IMG/VR virus record: IMGVR_UViG_3300014208_000015
Coordinates: 1 to 40,964 of that record
From: a virus
Taxonomy: Duplodnaviria > Caudoviricetes
Length of the DNA stretch: 40,964 bases
Direction: 5' to 3' (one strand)
Part shown: piece by piece, positions 18,395-24,296 of the stretch
How the letters are laid out: each line of letters begins with the position of its first letter
Position numbering within the stretch: position 1 is the stretch's first letter
The notes under the pieces: generated by a model
Told to the model about the DNA's origin: nothing
Seen by the model: only the letters and a program-made list of their open reading frames with translations
The model's database searches: none
Translations under genes and position numbers: made by a program

Positions 18395-19903
18395 TTAAAC
18401 GGGGCTTTGTTGGGGTTGGCTTTCAACAATGATCCCCGATGTTGTGATGAGTAGCGACGCGATGGAAACTGCGCTCTCAATACCAGCGATCAGCACTTCG
18501 ACCGGGTCGGCTACACCCACGTCCATAAAGTGGCCGATCCTCCCCGTAACCGCGTTGATCGCCTCAGCGTCGGTCATAGGTGCCAGGTTGTCGATGCCCA
18601 TATTGAGCTTCAGCTGCCTGAACGGCGCTTGTAACGCTTCATTCAGGATCTCGCTCCTGGTAGACAATCTCGACAGAGCCAGTCCGGCTCCGCACGTCAC
18701 TCCGCCTTTTAAAGCGGAGCGAACGGCATTGACGGCGTCTTCCACTTTATATTTTAACACGTTAACCTCATTCTCGGTAGGTGCGCCCACCTTGATGACG
18801 GCAATTTTGTTACTAAACCAGGCCAGCCGCTTATTCAGCGCCTCGGATTCCTTTTTGTCCTGGGTGACGATTACAGCGACCGTCAGGTCATCCTTGGCTT
18901 TTTTGATTACTGCTTTATCGCCTTTCGGACCGACAATCACCGACTCCCGCTGTTTGGCGGTAAAGCGCTCCGCTCTACCAAGGTCTTCAATCGTGGCCAT
19001 TTCCAGCTTATCGCCTTTTTGCTGCGAGAACATCTTGCCGCCGGTCATTAATGCAATGTCGTCCAGGGTGGTGTCGCCCGATGGCCGGTTAATGGCGACA
19101 ACGTTGAACTTGCCCTGCATTTTATTCACGATCGCGGTGGCTAAAGCATTCTGCTCAAGATTGTCGCAGATGATGACCAGGTTGAAGATCTGTTTGGCCA
19201 CCAGCTGGTTCATAATCGGCATGATATCATTGACCTCAGTCAGACGGTAGTCGGTAATTAAAATATGCGGCTTTTCAATCAGCGCCTCCATCCGCTGCGG
19301 GTTAGTGATCATATACGGCGAGAGATAGCCGCGGTCAAGCTTGATGCCCTCGCTCATCTCAGCTATAGTTTCCATCGTGCCGGACTTATCCACCGTGATC
19401 ACGCCATCGACTCCGATCTTATGCCAGGTATCGGCGATGATGGCGGCGATTATAGGATCATCAAAACTGATCTGCGCCACCTTGGTCAGTTCTTCTTTGC
19501 TCGCTATCTTCACCGCCGCGGCCATCAGCTGTTCTTTTGCCTCGATCATCGCCGCCTTGAGCTCTTTCGCCACCTTATGGCCGTCAAATTTATCCTGCCT
19601 CGCCACCGCCTCGATGATTGCCTGCAGCATGATCAGTGAGCTGGTGGTGCCGTCGCCTACCCGGTCGTTGGTCTTGATGGCGGTTTCGCGCACTACCTGC
19701 AGGATCGCGTTTTCCACCGGATCCGTAAATTCCAGATCCCGGGCGATCTGCACGCCATCATCCACCACCATTTTGTGAGTAAATTTTGAGATGATCACCT
19801 TGTTTGAGGCCGGGCCATACGTTGGCCGAATCAAATTCACCGCTTTGTTGACGGCATTGCGGATCACCTCAAACATCTCTTTTTGCACGATTGTTACGGA
19901 CAT
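18395..19903 (-). CDS. groEL: Chaperonin GroEL (Cpn60)
   Basis: TYGP, DGVQIAR, VGDGTTS, DRGYLSPYM, IKVGAPTE and KVEDAVNA motifs. Confidence 0.95.
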   Translation of the reverse strand: MSVTIVQKEMFEVIRNAVNKAVNLIRPTYGPASNKVIISKFTHKMVVDDGVQIARDLEFTDPVENAILQVVRETAIKTNDRVGDGTTSSLIMLQAIIEAVARQDKFDGHKVAKELKAAMIEAKEQLMAAAVKIASKEELTKVAQISFDDPIIAAIIADTWHKIGVDGVITVDKSGTMETIAEMSEGIKLDRGYLSPYMITNPQRMEALIEKPHILITDYRLTEVNDIMPIMNQLVAKQIFNLVIICDNLEQNALATAIVNKMQGKFNVVAINRPSGDTTLDDIALMTGGKMFSQQKGDKLEMATIEDLGRAERFTAKQRESVIVGPKGDKAVIKKAKDDLTVAVIVTQDKKESEALNKRLAWFSNKIAVIKVGAPTENEVNVLKYKVEDAVNAVRSALKGGVTCGAGLALSRLSTRSEILNEALQAPFRQLKLNMGIDNLAPMTDAEAINAVTGRIGHFMDVGVADPVEVLIAGIESAVSIASLLITTSGIIVESQPQQSPV

Positions 19904-19907
19904 AATT

Positions 19908-20165
19908 TTAAATATTAATTATAGTTTTTTCTTTTTCGTACATTTTGGCAAATACGATTTTGGTCGGCCCTGACGCCTGCGCATAAGTCCGGACATGATC
20001 CTTGAGATAGCGCACGTTGTCCACCCGGCTTTTGTAGCCCTTATTCCATTTGCGGCGCACCCCGCAGATCTGACAGCGCTCAACCACAAAGCTCGGCGCA
20101 TCCTTGATCTGCGTAAAATCATGAGGCTGGCCAAAACGGCAGCCTAGCCGGATGCCGTATCTCAT
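19908..20165 (-). CDS. Hypothetical zinc-binding protein
   Basis: C....PH...ERCQIC motif; lies between groES and groEL. Confidence 0.6.
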   Translation of the reverse strand: MRYGIRLGCRFGQPHDFTQIKDAPSFVVERCQICGVRRKWNKGYKSRVDNVRYLKDHVRTYAQASGPTKIVFAKMYEKEKTIINI

Positions 20166-20464
20166 ACTAAAACCGCGACGACGTCATCGATGTGGATCAG
20201 TTTATACTCCACTTCTTTGCCATCCTCGCGTCTTTTAATAGTTTCGCCGGCATATACGCCGTAGATTATTTCACCGCCGATCCGGATGCTTGAATCCGTT
20301 ACGCCGGCGCCGATGCCCAATACCGTACCCTGCGCTTTTCTTTCCTGATCGACCGATCCGGGGATGATCAGTCCGTTTTCCGTTTCCCTTGATTCTTCTT
20401 CCTGCGGCCGCACTAAAATATATTTATCCACCGGCCGGATTTCTTTTAATGATTCGTTTGCCAT
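20162..20464 (-). CDS. groES: Co-chaperonin GroES (Cpn10)
   Basis: IRPVDKYILV, TENGLIIP, GTVLGIGAG and EYKLIHIDDVVAVL motifs. Confidence 0.92.
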   Translation of the reverse strand: MANESLKEIRPVDKYILVRPQEEESRETENGLIIPGSVDQERKAQGTVLGIGAGVTDSSIRIGGEIIYGVYAGETIKRREDGKEVEYKLIHIDDVVAVLV

Positions 20465-20473
20465 AAATATAAA

Positions 20474-20722
20474 TTATAATAATTCATCAATGCGAGTGTC
20501 CCTGCCCTCGCGTTTATTTTTTTCAATAATTTCCTTGCGCGCAATCGCCGTTTCTTCTTCAGGGATGAAGATGTGGGCTTTCGGCTGCGGTCCGGCCGCC
20601 TCCAGCCGTCGCTCTACAATGCGCATTTTGCGCTCCATACCGGCGCGGAAATACGCCAGGATGGTAAATATCAGGATGGCGATCAGTAGCCCGATTATAA
20701 TGCCGATAATGATGCCTGGCAT
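20474..20722 (-). CDS. Membrane-anchored hypothetical protein
   Basis: N-terminal transmembrane helix. Confidence 0.65.
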   Translation of the reverse strand: MPGIIIGIIIGLLIAILIFTILAYFRAGMERKMRIVERRLEAAGPQPKAHIFIPEEETAIARKEIIEKNKREGRDTRIDELL

Positions 20723-20723
20723 A

Positions 20724-20921
20724 TTATTCTGGTTTAGAGAGTTCCGGCTTTTTGCGCGCGCTCACTACGGTCGGATTGGCGATGATTAGGCCGTTATGAA
20801 TCACCGGGATAGCCGCGATTCCCAGCTCGTATTTAGCGAGCAATGGTTTTAGTTCCGCGTTGAAGCCGTCGACACGCGCTTGCATGTCTTTTTCTTCCTG
20901 CGGTTCGTGCTGTTCAATCAT
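20724..20921 (-). CDS. Hypothetical protein
   Basis: 65 aa, tightly packed in the operon. Confidence 0.6.
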   Translation of the reverse strand: MIEQHEPQEEKDMQARVDGFNAELKPLLAKYELGIAAIPVIHNGLIIANPTVVSARKKPELSKPE

Positions 20922-20938
20922 GTTTTTATAAAAAATTA

Positions 20939-21088
20939 TTAAATTTTTTTCCAGCGCGCGGCTGCCCCTTTTTTGCCGATTTTTTTAAAATATTTTCGGC
21001 CGCGTTTGTTCAGCGTTGATAATCCGCCGATCCGTCCGATGGCCGAGAATGCCAGCTTTTCGCTTACGCTGATTTTTATTTTTTTCAT
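20939..21088 (-). CDS. Small basic KGG-motif-like protein (49 aa)
   Basis: MKKIKISVSEKLAFSAIGRIGGLSTLNKRGRKYFKKIGKKGAAARWKKI. Confidence 0.6.
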   Translation of the reverse strand: MKKIKISVSEKLAFSAIGRIGGLSTLNKRGRKYFKKIGKKGAAARWKKI

Positions 21089-21099
21089 TGCTATATTTT

Positions 21100-21269
21100 T
21101 CCTGGCGCCCCGTGGCCGACCGGCAAAGAGCGGATTTGGTTGACCGCGCCGCAGATTACGATCGCGATTATCATATGCGCTTCACTGTAGGTGATCCACG
21201 CCACCGCTACTATCTACACTTTCATCGGAGAGCTACTCCGGCTTGGCCGATCGATACGGGGCGCCAGGA
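21100..21269 (-). ncRNA. Unidentified ~170 nt structured RNA candidate
   Basis: Perfect 14 bp terminal inverted repeat TCCTGGCGCCCCGT/ACGGGGCGCCAGGA enclosing further nested stems; fills an intergenic gap. Confidence 0.6.
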
Positions 21270-21274
21270 TTGTC

Positions 21275-21562
21275 TTAAGCTTCGGGTTCCGGGGTGACTT
21301 CCGGAGTGGCCGTTTCTGCCGGTGTTTCCGCCAAATCTTGCGATTCTGTCGGAGGGACAAGCGTGGTCGGATCCGACGACTCGGTCGTTGATTCGCCTTC
21401 GCTCGGAGTTTCCACCGGCGCTTGCTCCGCAGATTCTTCTGCCGGAGGCATAGTTTCGCCGACCGGCGCTGATACCGCTTCCACCGGCGCTCCGCCGTAA
21501 CGGGCGCAGACCTCTTCGCCTGCACCGATCACATGGCCGGAGGCACAAATTTTTTCAGTCAT
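21275..21562 (-). CDS. Acidic Pro/Glu/Thr-rich hypothetical protein
   Basis: ATG follows a consensus promoter; low-complexity sequence. Confidence 0.55.
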   Translation of the reverse strand: MTEKICASGHVIGAGEEVCARYGGAPVEAVSAPVGETMPPAEESAEQAPVETPSEGESTTESSDPTTLVPPTESQDLAETPAETATPEVTPEPEA

Positions 21563-21571
21563 TTTTTTCTC

Positions 21572-22246
21572 TTAGTAAATTAATTCGCCTAATATATTTT
21601 GATTATAGCAAGCCGTTGATATACTGGCAATAGCTTTCATAATTTCAATCGCCACCTGCGGCACGATGGCATTCCCATATGCTTTTAGCTGTTCGTTTCG
21701 GTGCCCGGCTTTGGTGAGTTTAAGTCCGTCCAATTCAACGGATAGCCCATCATCCAACTGACAAAATTCGGTTGCAACTTCAAGCCAGTTTTTATCCCAT
21801 TCTCCTGAATTGTCCCATCGAGATAATTTTTCTTGTAGTTGTGAATGCTCCCCGCGCTCCCCGCGCTCCCCGCGCTCCCCGCGCTCCCCTCTCTCGCCCT
21901 CGGTGTCGGTAGCATTTTTATTGTTTTGTCTATTCCTCCCTGCTTGCTGTTCGGTCCCCGGCTCTTGTAGTCGCATTGTGTTGGTGTCGGCAACATCGGA
22001 CTCGCCAGCACATCCTTCACTTTTACTCCGAACCGCACTCCCTTTGCGTTTGTCCTGCTCCATGATCCGTTTTTGAATTCCGCATTCTTTACCGGCGCTC
22101 CCTCCGCTTCGCTCACTCTCGCAGTTGGCAATAATCCACACCCTATCTCTTCGGTGCGGAGCATTGACGGCGACAGCTGGAATAACAATCGGCTGGACGT
22201 CGTAGTTTTCGTTTTCCAAATCAGTGCACACTTGTTCGAATACCAT
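21572..22246 (-). CDS. C5 methyltransferase C-terminal part (motifs VII, VIII, X)
   Basis: PHRRDRVWIIA and LKAYGNAIVPQVA; begins immediately after the G8 tract. Confidence 0.75.
   Translation of the reverse strand: MVFEQVCTDLENENYDVQPIVIPAVAVNAPHRRDRVWIIANCESERSGGSAGKECGIQKRIMEQDKRKGSAVRSKSEGCAGESDVADTNTMRLQEPGTEQQAGRNRQNNKNATDTEGERGERGERGERGERGEHSQLQEKLSRWDNSGEWDKNWLEVATEFCQLDDGLSVELDGLKLTKAGHRNEQLKAYGNAIVPQVAIEIMKAIASISTACYNQNILGELIY
21602..21630 (-). promoter_or_regulatory. Sigma70 promoter
   Basis: TTGCCA-17 nt-TATAAT with extended TG. Confidence 0.7.
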
Positions 22247-22665
22247 CCCCCCCCTTGAGTAAGAAGGCCACGCACGTTTTCAGCGATAATCCATGTCGGC
22301 TGAAATTCTCGTATAACTCGAAGCATTTCCGGCCAGAGAAAACGGTCATCCTGATCGCCTCGTCTTTTCCCGGCTTGGGAAAAAGGCTGACAGGGAAAAC
22401 CTCCGGTGAGGATCGTAGTTTGGTTGCCAGTCCATCTCCGCTGTTCTTGCTCGCTCCCTTGCGGTTGTAATTGCCGTTCTGAGTCGGAGTTGGTAAGAGT
22501 TCTGATGTCGCCATATATTTTTGAGTTAGGCCAATGCTTTTTCAACACAGCTTGGCAAAATTTATTATTATCACAAAAAATATGCTCTACGTCAGGCCAG
22601 ACCTGATCCATCGCATAGGCGAATCCGCCAATGCCTGAAAATAAATCTAAATGTTTGATTTTCAT
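21685..22665 (-). CDS. C5 cytosine methyltransferase as assembled: motifs I-VI fused to the alternative-frame TRD/motif IX
   Basis: LDLFSGIGG, GGFPCQPFS and ENV, then a frame switch at G8 (22247-22254) into LPTP repeats and LQPNFVSWMMGYP..WT. Confidence 0.8.
   Translation of the reverse strand: MKIKHLDLFSGIGGFAYAMDQVWPDVEHIFCDNNKFCQAVLKKHWPNSKIYGDIRTLTNSDSERQLQPQGSEQEQRRWTGNQTTILTGGFPCQPFSQAGKRRGDQDDRFLWPEMLRVIREFQPTWIIAENVRGLLTQGGGWYSNKCALIWKTKTTTSSRLLFQLSPSMLRTEEIGCGLLPTARVSEAEGAPVKNAEFKNGSWSRTNAKGVRFGVKVKDVLASPMLPTPTQCDYKSRGPNSKQGGIDKTIKMLPTPRAREGSAGSAGSAGSAGSIHNYKKNYLDGTIQENGIKTGLKLQPNFVSWMMGYPLNWTDLNSPKPGTETNS
21847..21889. repeat. 9 bp tandem repeat GCTCCCCGC x4 plus a partial copy
   Basis: Encodes (GER)n in one frame and (SAG)n in the overlapping frame. 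Confidence 0.9.
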
Positions 22666-22940
22666 AAGCTGTTAATATAATCCTGATTTCGTTTTTCCGC
22701 CTCAATCCGATCATAAACATCGTCCTTTTTTTGACCCTTGCGGAATCCGTCAGCAAACGGACAGTCGGCAAAATGCGACTGATATTCGCCCGGTGCTATT
22801 TCGCTCACCGGCATTTTTTTGCCGGTCAATGTCGCTGCGAAACGGATCGATTCACCGCATTTTTTGCACTTGGTCGGCCGGGCGTCCAGATCAAAATAAA
22901 CCTCTACGCCGCCCGCCAACTTTACTTTCCGGTAATTCAT
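22662..22940 (-). CDS. Zinc-binding hypothetical protein
   Basis: CKKCG..I.F..T..GKKMP...SHFADC motif. Confidence 0.65.
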   Translation of the reverse strand: MNYRKVKLAGGVEVYFDLDARPTKCKKCGESIRFAATLTGKKMPVSEIAPGEYQSHFADCPFADGFRKGQKKDDVYDRIEAEKRNQDYINSL

Positions 22941-22977
22941 TTTTTTCCGCCGCCAATTTTTTTTTGATTCCGGCGTA

Positions 22978-23101
22978 TTAATTTAAATTAATATTAAATA
23001 AATATTATAATAAGCGAGTGGATAACTCTACGGCTCCCCATTATTTGCTTTGTTGTTAGCCATATTTGATGTGGATATCCTTGTGGATAAACTGTGGACG
23101 C
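22978..23101. other. Putative replication origin: AT-rich tract plus DnaA-box-like cluster
   Basis: Pure A/T run at about 22978-23013 next to AGTGGATAA, TGTGGATAT, TGTGGATAA (perfect box, 23082-23090) and TGTGGACGC. Confidence 0.45.
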
Positions 23102-23405
23102 GCCAACAGAGATTTATCGGCTTGATAATTTCTACCCGGTACTGATTTTCCGTCAATTTTTTTGTTTTTATATAGCCCTCGCGCTCCAACCGATCGTGCC
23201 AATCAATAAAAATCTTTGGATGAATTTCGAGCTTCTTAGCACAAGTTTTCCAATAAAAAGTCAAGCCCGGATTGGCTCGACCTAGTTGGCAGTTGGCGTA
23301 TGAAAGATAAAACTGGTATAGCCAGATGGCATCCCCCATTTTCTGCCGGTGCTTTGGATCCTGCACCAACTGATTTTTTACGTAGAAGTAGTAGTCTTTT
23401 GACAT
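23028..23405 (-). CDS. Winged-HTH protein, possible replication initiator
   Basis: AIWLY, then AKKLEI....W.DRLEREGYI, resembling the N-termini of phage replisome organisers. Confidence 0.55.
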   Translation of the reverse strand: MSKDYYFYVKNQLVQDPKHRQKMGDAIWLYQFYLSYANCQLGRANPGLTFYWKTCAKKLEIHPKIFIDWHDRLEREGYIKTKKLTENQYRVEIIKPINLCWRVHSLSTRISTSNMANNKANNGEP

Positions 23406-23483
23406 GCGACAAGCTTCGTGTTAAAAAATTGCTATTTCATTATTGCTTAAATTTCTTTTGCTGGCTAGTGGATAATTTGTGGA

Positions 23484-24152
23484 TTAAACCAGCCTCATCT
23501 GTTCGGAATCGCCGTCGATCATTGCCCAGTTCCGGGGATTGTAGTCGGCAAAATCGCTGCGCCGGTCGGTCTTGATCGCCTTGCGCTTGGCTAAGGCCTG
23601 CTGTACCAGCTCGGTGTGATTTTTAAACATGTCATTTAGCGTCACAATTGCCTCGCTGCGGCCGATCAGCTTGCCCTCCCAGTACTTTGCCGCTTTCGGA
23701 ATAGATTCGCCACGTAGGGCTTTCCATGCCCAACCAGTGAGAAGCCAATAGCCGCTGCCGCGCCAATTTTCCGGCTGCTTGATCAAACCGAGGTAATCGC
23801 ACTTCGTCTGGCGCTTTAAAATGCCTTGGGTGGTCGCCAGGGTCGGCAGATGTACCTTATTGGCTTCGGTAAAACTCATGCCGAGTTTTTTATTATTTTT
23901 GACTTCCCTCGCCATGGCTAGTATCAGCAGGGCATCCAGCAGATCCGCTTCGTATATCGTGATTTTCATGCTCCGCTGGCAACCGGGACATAGGCCAGGA
24001 TCGCCGAGTTTCGGACCGAGTTCATAAACCATTTTTGTCCATAAGAACGTCGGATCGGCCGCGAGTGATGGCTGTATCCTGATCAATTTTGCGGCGAATG
24101 TGATTAGGGCTTTTACTTCCGATTCTTGATACTCAATGTGATTTTTTTTCAT
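23484..24152 (-). CDS. Hypothetical protein (zinc knuckle plus wHTH-like)
   Basis: CPGC motif; YLGLI..SGYWLLT. Confidence 0.6.
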   Translation of the reverse strand: MKKNHIEYQESEVKALITFAAKLIRIQPSLAADPTFLWTKMVYELGPKLGDPGLCPGCQRSMKITIYEADLLDALLILAMAREVKNNKKLGMSFTEANKVHLPTLATTQGILKRQTKCDYLGLIKQPENWRGSGYWLLTGWAWKALRGESIPKAAKYWEGKLIGRSEAIVTLNDMFKNHTELVQQALAKRKAIKTDRRSDFADYNPRNWAMIDGDSEQMRLV

Positions 24153-24170
24153 ATGTTAAAAATAAATTTT

Positions 24171-24295
24171 AGAGAGGGTGGGATCGTTTTTTCGATCCCG
24201 GCTCAAACGCGTCCCCATGCCTAGTAAAGTCGCGGTTCGATGTTGCCGGAGGGATTGGCAAGAGTAGGCCCGATGCCTCATTTTCCCCTCCACCC
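24171..24295 (-). ncRNA. Unidentified ~125 nt multi-stem RNA candidate
   Basis: Complementary ends and four internal hairpins in an intergenic gap. Confidence 0.45.
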
Positions 24296-24296
24296 A

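Noticed and set aside
18235-18480. 81 aa ORF
   Set aside because: It overlaps the groEL end, the tRNA-like gene and the VRR-NUC start.
18429-19250. Long + strand ORFs (also 5866..6552, 24877..25620, 32992..33519)
   Set aside because: Antisense shadows of well-supported - strand genes, with no recognisable motifs.
21190-21245. Hammerhead ribozyme within the 170 nt element (CCGATGA resembles CUGAUGA)
   Set aside because: The core is mismatched and there is no correctly placed GAAA after a stem II.
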